A stretch of 64,000 nucleotides of DNA from Klebsormidium nitens (Eukaryota > Plantae > Klebsormidiophyceae). Positions 1 through 11,501 of the stretch are shown piece by piece. The notes under the pieces are model-generated. The model was given only the letters and a program-made list of their open reading frames with translations. It was not told the origin of the DNA and searched no databases. The DNA is taken from assembly GCA_000708835.1 (NCBI GenBank), contig DF236994.1:186001-250000 (forward strand), read 5' to 3'. A program made the translations under genes and the position numbers. How positions within the stretch are numbered: the first letter of the stretch is position 1; each line of letters opens with the position of its first letter.

Positions 1-643
1 TTGGAGATGCAAGCCGTACAAGATGGCGATGGAGCACTTGACGAGTATGGAGGTACAGCTCAAGCTGTCTCGTGGGGACCAGAAATTGCAGACAGCCTTC
101 TGAAAGATCTCAAGCCATTCGAAATACGTTGAAAAGCATGTTCTTCAAGTGAAACCGCCGATTTTTGTTCACGGAAAGGGAAAGCAAATGCGTATGACTT
201 GCACAGCACGCAAGTGTATACCAGCAACAGATCCGCTGGTGAAACGGAACTCAGCTTTCAGTAGTGAACAATCTTATGTGAAGAAAAGTGCACCAAATTC
301 GTGATAATCATCGAACCAAAGTGGCTCAGTTGTTAGCTAATGTATTGAAGCTTCTTTACTCGTGAGCAAAGCTTATATGCTTTCTAATCGTGCAATCACG
401 CCATATCAAAACTTCGAAGTCAGCTTCGTTCGAGTTAAGTTGGTAGCTCTCTTTCCATTGCATGTTGTACTCGCAGAGGTGACCATACAACGTGCGTCGC
501 CACGATATGTAGAAAGTTTGAAGCTTTCTGAGTGCAGTCATGAGCCTCTGTGACAAATGACTGAAAAGTTATGCTTCGAGATCCTGTCCCAAGATGCAAT
601 TTCTGTCTGAGTTTATTGACAAGGCTGTTCTCTACCGTGACAG

Positions 644-2489
644 GTTGGTCATACGTTCAAGACATCGTCGTCAATACTAGTGTCTTAGCTGCCAGCTCCG
701 TCTACTTCAGAAGGATGCTGACGTCCGGCCTGCAGGAGAGTCTATCAAATGACCGATTAATAGAACTGAAGCTTTTTTCACACGGTGAGTAACTAACATG
801 GAAAGATAAAATTGACGCGTCTTTGACCAGGAACCGACGCTTCTCGCTTCCAATCAGCTTTCTCATCTTAATCGAGTGACCAGAACTATGTTTTGATAAT
901 GGGAGATATTGCCCGATTCCCCAGTCTCTAAGCAAGGCCTTCGAGCTTGTATTCTCAGAAACGGAAGCGTTTAAAGTGAGATCTGCTGGAAGGCCTTGAC
1001 AATCTTGACAGGATTTCACCGTGGTCCTGAGCACCGTTTATACAGACGTCAGATTGCCGTGCGTTCCTTCTACTGTGTCTAATGTCAAAGGACTTGGATA
1101 GCACTGTATACAGGGCAGGTTGTCAACTTAAACTTCTTCGCAGACTATAATTACATGTTGAGAGGGGACCAAAGCTGGCGAATTCAATACGTCTGCGCCC
1201 GATCCTGCACCCTATACGTTACCTGCTAAGATCAATCATAGTGCAAATCTTATTACCCGTTCTTGCAAGTGACCTTCGCCCCTTTGTTGCTTGCAGAAGC
1301 GCCATTCTTCAACGCCCTCATCGAATTTATGCACAGCCAAGAGATCCCGCCGACCATACGCTCTGACAAGGAGTCCCTCTGCTGGCTCTTGATCCTGGCG
1401 GATCGCATCGAGACGCCAGCGTGCATTCGGAAGTGCGTCGAACATCTGATGGCAACCCCCGTGTGTCTTGCCGACGTAGTGATGTGCGTCAATCTTCCAG
1501 AGACGGTGAAGAGACATCCGTCAGTCCGGGTGTTAATGGACGCCGTGTGCAAGTACGCATGCTGGTCCTTTGAGGACCTGGCCGCGGCGGAGAGTATTCA
1601 CACTATGGATGAGCGCAGCCTGAAGAAAATCATCGCTAGCCCGAGTTATGGTAGGCATTGGAGCAAAGACGACATAGAAACGCTTTTTGCAGTATGCGTT
1701 GAGTGGTTTCGTCATGGAAGCGAGAACCGCTGGGAAGCTTTCTCGGCCCTTGTGCTTTCGTTCGAAGTCTGGCGTTTGCAGCGCTCCTTCATCAGAGAAA
1801 TCTGCCCGGAGATTTGCACCAACAAAGGCCAGGCACTCCTGGAAAAGATCGAGGCGGGATATCCTTGGCGCATGAAAGAGACGAAAGCTGCGGGGATCCA
1901 GTCAGTTGACCCGGATCAACTCGGAATTCTGAGGATCAATCACCACGGTAAGCGATACCCAACGAAGAGTGCTCGTCCAGCTGCCTTCTTTCAGTGAGGC
2001 AGCATAACCTTATGTTTCGGAAAGTAGCTGCTACAAATCATGTTGTCTCGTGGTATAGACCCAGCTCGCTAGCAATGACTCATGGAAGCTGTGCTGCAAC
2101 GGCTGAGTCAGCCGGGACCCCCTCGTTGTGCAGGTACTTTGGGTGGGCATCCGTGGCTAAGCATGAATCGGGAATTAATGGCGATGCTACCCGGCGATAT
2201 ACTTGATGACCTATCGGTGGCCGACTCGATTATCCTTGTGATTGCGCTTTTGAGTTTCCTTGCGGGCCTTGTCATTCCGTTGGTCTTCGGAATTGTATCG
2301 ATCCTCCACGGGAAAGCATACACAGGACTCATCCTGCTCGCATTGACCTTCACTGGTGTGCTCCCGCTAGGTAGCTGTTATGTTACAGGGTGGGTTGGCT
2401 TTAGGGGTCTTTATCTGTACAGGGGGTTGACTGAGGACGAGATCGTACACATGAGGCAGTACGATTACACATCTACTTTTCGAAGTTAG
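644..2489 (+). CDS. BTB/POZ-BACK domain protein with C-terminal transmembrane tail (5' end unresolved)
   Basis: Exons ~644-784, 1297-1947, 2134-2489 join in phase 1 (CAC G|gtgagt..ttgcag|AA; CAC G|gtaagc..gtgcag|GT). BTB-like IVVNTSVLAASSVYFRRMLTSGLQES, ALIEFMHS..LLILADR, then BACK-like helices. The last exon has two or three hydrophobic stretches. Start exon not identified. Confidence 0.7.
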
Positions 2490-3356
2490 AAATATGGCGT
2501 ACTACTTGACCCGTTTTATCTAGCTGTCAAATTCGTGCGGCACTGGCTGCTTCAAGCAGTTGAGGGGTCGGACTGTATGACGTTCTGTCAGAGTGTGCCG
2601 CTTTTCAATTCATGGCAAGGCCTGCAGTTTTGACCTTCCTAAGTTCCCAACTTAAGAAGGGTTTCAGCTCATATGCGAACAAAGTACTGACAATTTGAGG
2701 ATGGATTTACGTCTTTCGAAGTTCAATACCCTTCTCCGCTACGGGCTAAAAAGAATCGGGATATTTGTCGAGCTTATCCACCTACGCGACATGGGCCTAA
2801 GGCCGCGGGGAGCCAGAGTTGAAAACGCGTGTTCTGTCTGGAGCTCAAGCTGGTACGGGGCTAACCTGATCTTCAAGCATGCATGTTCGTGCACCCGTGA
2901 GCGGCGTTGTGAGCGTGGCACGGTTAAACCCAAAACCCCCGCACCATCAGCCGTTGAAGTAGTTATGGTATATACCACGTCGATCATACGCGCTTATAAT
3001 GTACGTCGTGTTGCTGTATCCAGACGTCGGTTCCCTTTCTTCCACATGCATACATAACATTGAAAAGGTACCCACTTAAGACGATTCTGCAGCAATGATC
3101 ATACGAGCTTGATGCAACGGGTGTTATGGGCCACTAGAAATGACAATCTAAATTGCACACATCATGATCGGATGCAGACGGTTACGGTTCAATGTTGTGT
3201 ACGTCGTAATGGCTTCTGGCTCAATCATTCAAGGGAAGTGCGCAACATGATTCCAGGACCCGGACGTGATATATACCTGATTCGCAAAGCAATTTAAGAA
3301 GAGCAATTGTTGTCCGTTCTAATCCCATGCTGCAGAACAACCAAGTCGAACTTTCA

Positions 3357-3415
3357 GATTACAAGGCACTGCCCGTCACTCTCGCGGATTACAAGGCACT
3401 GCCCGTCACTCTCGC
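3357..3415 (+). repeat. 30-bp direct tandem duplication (GATTACAAGGCACTGCCCGTCACTCTCGC x2)
   Basis: Two identical 29-nt copies at 3357 and 3387, read directly. Confidence 0.95.
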
Positions 3416-3751
3416 TAAATGTGGTAGATTTGATATATGCACGTACATTGCCACGAGTCCGCGTACGCGCTGTTACACTCGCCAGGCTGACTCGAAGTCT
3501 CGCTTGGACCCAGTACCACCATCGCAACATTCTGGACCCACAGGTCGCTTCTGCAAAATGTCCGGCTTCTAACGCCAACGTTACTTATAAGTTGATAACC
3601 ATGACAACATCATTCAATGTGACAGCTATGACAGCCTGGTTGACGTACTGCACTGCAGACCTCGTGAACATCTTGTCTTGATGCAAAGTCAGCAGTTTGC
3701 AGTGGGCAACATGCTAATAAATAGGTGGTCGATCAGCTTGATAGCATGTAA

Positions 3752-6700
3752 TCATGCGCCTTCTCGTAAAAGAAACTCAAGGACCGCCCTGTTGTATTCC
3801 CTGGGCTTTTCGATATTGGAAGCGTGGCGGGCTTCTTTGAGGACGACGAGCCGGGCTTTCTTGCCGAGAAACCTGCACACAGTCAACAAAGCATGAAAAA
3901 TATCCACCTGACCCTGCTTCTTCTGCCTTTTCCACTTCCCGCCCCATCGCAGCACGGCAGAGTCCATCGATACAATACTTCGATGTTCGGCGACTAGTAT
4001 TTAGCTTTTCTGTCGACAACATTGGAGGCTATTTTCAGGGCGCAAGTTGTTCAAAAAGCGGGCATGCAGATCTAGAGTCTCGGACGCGCACAGTCAGCCC
4101 AACCAGAGCCTTGCAGCTTTGAGTATCGTTTGTGGGACTCACTCTTGCAACCGCTGTGCCAATGAAAGCGGAAAGATCTCGTCCTGCTCCCCCCACACGA
4201 TCAATACATCCTGCAAGCCAGCGCCACGTGTCAGCGTGCTTGTGGAAATGGATGGACAGCGGCGACAAGAAGGAAAGCGGTTGTCTTTGTAGACGTTTAC
4301 ATATTTTGAAACCTTGCAGGCAAGACGCGACAGGTAGCGGGTTCTGCTCAGCACGAAACAAGATTGGCCCGTTGTGGGACCGCCGAAGGACCTCTAGAAA
4401 CGGTTCAAATCTGCGAGGGGGCCTTTGCAGCTCTCGACTCGTGAAGAATGTCGAACTTGGGTGCGAAAGCGGCCGAATAAGCGTGTCCGTCCTGAGCCCG
4501 GCCAGCCAAAGTCCACATCTGAAAATTGCACATTGTGCTCATTCCAAACAATCCGCTCTTTCCGATTCGACAGCGGTTTCATCATTGCACCTCCTTAGCC
4601 TACATTTTGGGTCTCTTTTGACCAATGACCTTAGTAAAGCCGGTAGAGCGATCGTTCAAGAAGCGAGTGCCTCAGACGGTTTCGAGGACACCAACCTGCG
4701 TCAATTTTGGGAGCGGCACCTCTGGCTTGTCGAGATACTCGAGCAGCTTCACTAGCATACCACGCTTCTCCTCCACCATCTCGGAGAACATGACCTGTAC
4801 AAACGGAGGGACGACAAGTAAGCAACTAGTCTACGAGAAAATTCGCTCCATTCGCAAGGTTCAAGGAAGCCCGCGGTGTCGAGGCTTAAGAAGCCGTTCT
4901 CTTCAATCCATTGTCAAGCAGACTCGTGTGTAATGTGATTTAGTCGGATGCTTCTGGGTGAAGATGTATCAGAAGTAGCTTGATTTTTCTCGTTGAGCTT
5001 TGACGTCCCGCTGCCCGAAATTTCTTCTCGAGGGGGCCAAAGCTCAAGCACATCACGAGTTACCGTTTCATCCGGCCATAGTGAAGCCTCTAAATGCAGA
5101 ATGTCAACCCAGATAAATCGTCTCAAACAATGACGAGGTAAAGAGGGCAAACGCAGATCGCTCGAGCGGTCGTTTGTATGAGAGGAAGACCATTGAAGGT
5201 TTCCATTCACTGGTTTTAAGTAAGGGTGCTATTACAGAAGCTCCAGTACAGATATGAGACTAGGAATAGGGACATGCCTCCCGGTCTCCAAGACATGAGT
5301 TCGCAGGTGTCCAAGCGAACCTCAGGGCCGAAATAACTTTCAAAAGTCGCAAGTGACCCGTAAGGCCTACGGCCTGTTATCGACTGCCGACCTCGCGCTT
5401 CATCCAGCTTCAGAGAAAAAACACAACACGACACAAAAACAGAACCTTGACGATCATTTCAGCCGACACGAGGAGATTCAAAAAGATTGTCACAGGAATC
5501 GTAGGAGAAAAGCAATTACCTGTAAAGTGTCCCTCAGAAGAAAGTTGGGCACCCAAGGCGGCCGGTAGTAAGCGACTTGCAGCAGGCGTCGAACGTCAGC
5601 GGGCGTTTCGGGCAGGAGAAGATCGGCCGTGCTGGCGACCCCGTGTGTCGAGAGCATCCTTTCATAGTCGCTGCGAACCATGACCACACCGGGGGAGTCC
5701 GTTAACACCACGCGCTGCACTCTGCAAACGGTGTCGAGATAGCTGGTGTCAAGAATGAAGAACAGAGGTGCAGTCAGGAATCGTGTTTGGTGCACATTCA
5801 AACGGCGAACTGATGTCAACGAGAAGGGGGTCGAAAAGATAGACGAAGGTTTTGCAAAACCGATTTCTCCTGTGAGCTGTGTCAAATTCCAACAGAGCAC
5901 CAGCAACCGAGAAACCCAGGCCGCCAACCTTGAGACAGCCTGCGGATGTCAGAGGAAAGGACGTGCTTCTGCTTGTCGACTTCAATGACCGGCTCTTGAC
6001 TTGTCGCTCATAAGCGAAGACTGGGCTCAGATTGATCTTATTGAGAGTGAGTAAGAAAAGCCAACACGATGAAGACCAGGGAACGAGTGAAAGGGCTTCT
6101 TAAAGCAGCGGAGGATATTTTACGAAGGTCAGTACACCAGAGCAGAGTTGACTTGTTGTGGACCACCAGTGCAGCACAAGGCTTTTAGAGAACAAGATAG
6201 GTTCCTTTCGCCGCTCCTGAATGCAACAGTTTGTGCTGCTTACTTAGTCAGAGAGGGGCTCACCTTTCTGGATAATTGTAGGCCATTCGGTAGGCCACAA
6301 AACCGCCGTAGGAAATGCCAGCCTGGACAGATGAATGTACAGAGCGGTTCACCAACTCTGAGGAAACAACTGAGCTATGAATCTAGAACTTTTCAGGACG
6401 TGATGATCTGCGGGGAACAAAGTTCAGAAACTTGCCTTCAGAACCTTTCTATCTTCAATATCATTTCAATTGAAATCCAGAAGGTGGTACATGGCCCAAT
6501 AATTATTGCTTAGCGACTTCTCAACTCCGATATTGAGGTTTCGACCTCTCCCATGGACAGGTTTTGTCCCCTACTGACATCTGAATGCACCTTGTGACAG
6601 ATTCGGTTCATCAGACGTCTCGACCAAGGGAAAGGCACAGTCAGCACGTGCAACAACTCACATACTCAGCGAACTGCTCATGAAAACTCCAGACGAAGCT

Positions 6701-7919
6701 CTTATGAACCCAACAAACACTTGTAAACTGAGAATTGCCACATACCACATGGTAGCGCTCCACTTTGAAGATATCGTGCATCAATCTGGCCATTGAAGCA
6801 GCTTCGAAGATCTCCGAGCGTTCTTCACTGGAACTCGTACTGCCGCCAAAGAAGATCAGATCTGCCAAAAAAAGGGCCAGGAGCTTCTGCGTTAGTATGA
6901 TGAAACATTCGCTAATTTCCCAAGATCATGGAAAAGCGCAGTGCCAATCCGCTCAACACACGTAATGATAAGAGTGCGGATAGAATGAGATTGAAGACAT
7001 GAGAGCCAGATGCGTGTCTCACCCGGAATGATCAGGTCAAACTGCTTGTGAAAAGCATTGATCTGGCCCGCCCACTGGAAAATTGCACTGGCCCCAAAGC
7101 CATGGAGCAACAGCAGGCTTTTGCGACGGGGGATCTTCTGGAGCTCCTGGTGTTTCGCAAACGGTTTCGATACCCAACAGTGGATGCTCGTTTGGTCGTC
7201 TATCTGAACCTGCAAGTGAAGGGTTACTCCATCACTAAACCCTGCTAAGGGGAGTGCTTTCATGGGGGGGTACACCTTCACTAAACTGTTGGGGGGAGTG
7301 CTTTCCCATGGGGGCGTGCTTTCATATGGGGGCTAACACCATCATTAAACGGCCCTGGCGGGGGGGTACTTTCAATTGCGTGGGGGGGTACACCATCTCT
7401 AAACAGCACGGGGGGGAGTGCTTTCCCATAAGGGAGTGCTTTTGCAGTATCACTATGGCCCCAGCACACGGAAGCAACGGCGGAAGACCTGCGAAATGCC
7501 ACACATTATCTGGAAACCAGACCATAATGAGGCAGAGCTGTAGGCTATGTCGCTTAAGCTGGCTATGCTTGTGGTCCTCTAGAGGAGCTTCTTTGAATGA
7601 CATCCACATCGCATTCATACCTGGCGCTCAATAAGGCCGTTGGTAAGTCCTGGTCAGCTGATTTGAAAGTTGTCTAGTCAGCTTCATACCTGGCGCTCAA
7701 TGAGGCCATAACACTGAGAAGTCCACGTCAGCTGATTTGAATGATACTTTCACATTCATAAGGCCACACTGCTGAGAAGCCTAGTCAGCTCATCTGGATG
7801 ATATCAAGGCAGATTCATACCTGGCGCTCAATTAGTCCACACCGCTGAAAAGTCCTGGTCAGCCGCCACTTCTGCACTCCCACCAGGCTGAATCCGCACC
7901 TGCAGCCAAAGCAAGCCAT
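3752..7919 (-). CDS. Alpha/beta-hydrolase (plant ABHD6/monoacylglycerol-lipase-like), ~316 aa, 8 exons
   Basis: Exons 7919-7821, 7209-7023, 6861-6746, 6322-6264, 5721-5520, 4794-4696, 4210-4143, 3872-3752; all GT-AG and phase-consistent. Motifs LLHGFGA (oxyanion), GISYGG (nucleophile Ser), WGEQDEIFP (Asp), ARHASNIEKP (His). Confidence 0.92.
7235..7445 (+). repeat. Degenerate G-run tandem repeats (GGGGAGTGCTTTC / GGGGGTACACC..CTAAAC) at the 3' end of hydrolase intron 1
   Basis: Multiple copies of ggggagtgcttt and ggggtacacc(t/a)tc..taaac between 7250 and 7440. Confidence 0.85.
7611..7865 (-). repeat. ~65-69-bp tandem repeat copying the end of hydrolase exon 1 plus its donor
   Basis: ATTGAGCGCCAG|gtatgaa at 7821 (real donor), and TTGAGCGCCAG|gtatgaa at 7690 and 7621; a third copy near 7755 has lost the donor segment. 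Confidence 0.92.
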
Positions 7920-9012
7920 GCCCCTGCTCCCAGCACCTGGTGGCTGCTTATATCCTTGATCATGAGCTGGAAGCAGGGGAACCTTCGGGCTGCTATTCAG
8001 CCCCAGCCTAGTTATAACCGGCTCCCCACCCCCCTGCATGCGCTGGAGCTGCGGTGGGGTGAGGATGGTCAGAGGGGCTCTAGACAGGCTGGGAAGAGAG
8101 GATTTCAGAACTCCTGGGGTAGTGGTGAGGGAAGAGACCAGAGTATGCAAGTTTGCCGTTGGGAACTTCTCGGTACTTACTGCTCTCCTCATTGAAAATC
8201 CTGGTTGGGGTGCTCAACACCAGCAACCCAGCCCCAAGTGCATAGCAACATTCCCCGTGTATTGAAGTCCTTTAAAAAGGTCTTTTGGCCGGGGCATGCT
8301 CTAGGTACCTTCTACGTACAACAACTTGCGCCAGAGGATGAACGTCCACATGCTGTCCCTCATGATTTTAGCTTGCAGGTCGCCACCTTTTGCCAGCTTG
8401 CCTTTCACAGGTTTCAGCCTCAGGCCCGCCTCAGGCTTTCATGGCGGAGCTGTAAATTTTGCAACTTGCAAGACCACTGGCTTGGATCACAAAGCACGAC
8501 AATCGGCAGGATATTCCAACATTGAAGACCCGCTTATGATCCAAGGTTTCGACCCCCAGAAGAACCTAACCGTCCGATATCCACCAGCTTCTAAGCACTC
8601 CCTCAGGTGCACGGCTCCGATGAGGCTAGTTGTCTTCTCTTATATGCAACTTTTCGTGCTCATATGCCACTCGGAGAAAGTGATTTAGTAGCAACGAGCC
8701 ATGCTGGAGTTTGGACGCATGAAGCAGACTTCAAAATCTGGATGCAGTTCTTCGAAGAAAGGACAGATGCGCCACCACCATGCATCTTGAAGCCCAAGTA
8801 GGAATCTTGCGTTATCTTTAATGAGCAGAAAGTTCCACCTTTGGGACCACATACTGTCCTCACGGGTCCATTGGTGCCTGACATCCCTGCATTCTGAAAG
8901 TTGGTGGTCCTTCTAAAAGTCTATACATTGACCAATCACAAGTGCACGTTGAACGGAAAGCCTGCGAGGAGCTGTACTCCTACTTGAAGGGCGTCTGTTT
9001 CTGTGCGGCACA

Positions 9013-10183
9013 ATGAGCCTCCGACCAAAAGCGAAGAATGGGGATGTGGTGCCACCACAAAAAGACGAAACTCCTCAGCCAAGCTTTCAGTTCAAACATC
9101 TACTAGAGCAAGACAGATTGTGGGACCGGGTAAGAATCCCACGCTTTCTAATTATGATCCTTATGATCTTTGCGCGGCTAATATGTGATCACTTGAACTG
9201 GGAGCCATCAGAATGCTGGGATCCAGCTCCTAGAGCCTGCTCTTGCAAAGACTGCGCAGAGGTGATCACACGCCTGCAAGTTGAGAGCACTTTTGCGCAT
9301 GCGATGTTCTCTTTCCCCCTAAATGGCACACTGATTTTGCCTGTGGATTCCACATGGTGATCTGCCGTCAGTAATCAAAGTCCTTGTTTTAACAATGTGT
9401 GCGGAGTTGCTCATTTGCCTTCTTGCGGAGCACTATATAAAGTTTGGGATGGTATGCTCATTATCAAGCAGGATTTCTCACTTACTGCCCTCTCTCCAGG
9501 ACGAGCTCGGCGATGTCATCCACTGGCTGCGGCAAATTCTTGGTCTCATCTTCGGCGTTGCTTATGGTTTGGCTGGGGTGGTGGGGGGCCCTTACCTGAT
9601 GCTGTAAGCTTTTGGCACTTTGACTCCGATGTCTGTCTTGAAAGGAATCAAAGAAATCTGCTCGTTCAGTTTTACCAGCTGCCAGTTAAGCATGTCAGTG
9701 TTGCCCCGCCAGCCTGGATCGGCAACATCGTTCTGAGAGGTTGTGGACCTTGGCATTCAGTACGATTATTGCCAGTAATCATCTCAAACTGTTTGTTTGA
9801 ATCTGTCTCAGGTATTTATTGGCATCCACGGGAATCACATATTCATATTACAAGTACGTATTGAACATTGATGAAGATGACTTTGGCGGGACGACCAATC
9901 TGTTGGTGGAAGGACTGGTCTCCGGGACAGCACTGATGGTGGTAAGTTGAGGCACGAGAGGAACCTTGTTGCTGAAGCCCTCATTTTGCGATGATTTAAC
10001 TTTCTGCTTTTGGTGCACTTCGGAGGGAGCACGGATGCATTACAGGCCAACTTGACAACTGCTGTGATCCAGATAATTTCTGTCTGCGTCCGCCACAACG
10101 CGAAGCGAGTCAAGTTCTTGACAGCACCTGATACCCGTATGCAGGTGGCATGGGTACTTCTCTACAGCAGTCTACATGTATAG
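9013..10183 (+). CDS. RAB5IF: Rab5-interacting family / RAB5IF (OPTI)-like membrane protein, ~129 aa, 4 exons
   Basis: Exons 9013-9129, 9500-9603, 9812-9941, 10145-10183. Family-like motifs WDRDELGDVIHWLRQILGL, YYKYVLNIDEDDFGG..L..EGL and AWVLLYS. Confidence 0.88.
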
Positions 10184-11501
10184 CAAGCTATGAGAGATAC
10201 CATGTGGGCAAAGGTACGTCGAGTCGAGATAGTTTTAGCAAGGTGTGCAAAGCCAGGTCGATCTTAGAGCACAAGCATCGTGCGACAGCGTGATCTGGGA
10301 GCAATATTCTTTTGAAAGGGACTTCGTACTGCAGGCAAGACAGGTTGTGATGCGCGCTATGTGCAAGCTTTGATTTCTTATTTACCTTGCGACGACCTGT
10401 GGCAGAGGTATCAACAATGATAGTGGATGCCTCCTTGAGTCGCCCCTGTTACTGCAATCCTGCATGGAAGCTGTCATGCTGACAGTAACACGCGTGCCTG
10501 CACGTCCAGAGCTTCTATAAGTGTGAAAAGTAAGAGCGGGGAGGTGTTTAATAAAGTTGCTGAAGATGCTCAAACATCCAATCTGCCACTTGAGTATCAA
10601 AAGGTGCGGGTCAGGCCGCAAGCTGACAGGATGGAAGGAGGGAGAACGTGGGCCCCCGAGCTGATATAAGATCGAGACCCTTCCTAGGATCGACGATCTT
10701 GACTGATCGGTCCACTGATTCAGACCGTCGATCCAAGGGGTTCTTGTGGAAGGGAGTTCGCTCCTCGGATGGTCCGTCAGGAGTCCCTGTCCTTCCTCGT
10801 CCGTTACTTGATAGTCCACGTGGGGTTCACGTATAGAGTTGTTTGTGCATGACTTGCACTGATGGTGACAATCGTTACACATCTGCACTTAGGACATGAA
10901 GTACTAATGCATGTTCACTAGGTTCCTAGCTACGTCAAGCAGTACACCTCAACCATGCAATGCAATGATCACTTAATCAATATGATAATCCACCATTCAA
11001 TCCTAGAAATGATTCAAGCCTTTCCGTATGATGTCGTCGACCTTCAATACGTACGAACTGAGGCGACTAATTGTTCAGAACGAGCTTCCGGCCATCGAAC
11101 ACATGCCCAACGTGATCGAATAAGATTGGATCCGTTTCTGTGTTACGACATGGCGTTGTGCACCGGTCTTTGCCAAATGCATGTGCATTCATAACTCAAT
11201 TACGCGATGCATGCATGATCAACAAGCCCACACCCCATGGCTTCCGCGCAGTACTGCTGGTAAACAACTCCAAAATCTGACCTGTCACGGTTTCCATCGG
11301 AAGTCCTCCTTGCGAGATAAGTATACAAGTAGTCAAACTTTTATTTCTCTTGTGCGGAGCAGTTTCGTCAACTCTCAATATGATGCTGTCTATCTGGCGT
11401 CAATGATTACCTCCTTCCGCATCCCACCCCGCATAAGCTCCCCCTCCCAACAGCCTCACTCTCGTCTGCCATGCATGCTTGTCTAGATTAAAGGGGGTTA
11501 C

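Noticed and set aside
1-640. Open stretches upstream of the BTB exon
   Set aside because: Interrupted by stops and could not be linked in phase to the BTB exon; left unannotated.
10382-10888. 168-aa minus-strand ORF with a Cys-rich start
   Set aside because: No recognisable motif, and I could not build a consistent spliced model; it lies between two convergent 3' ends.
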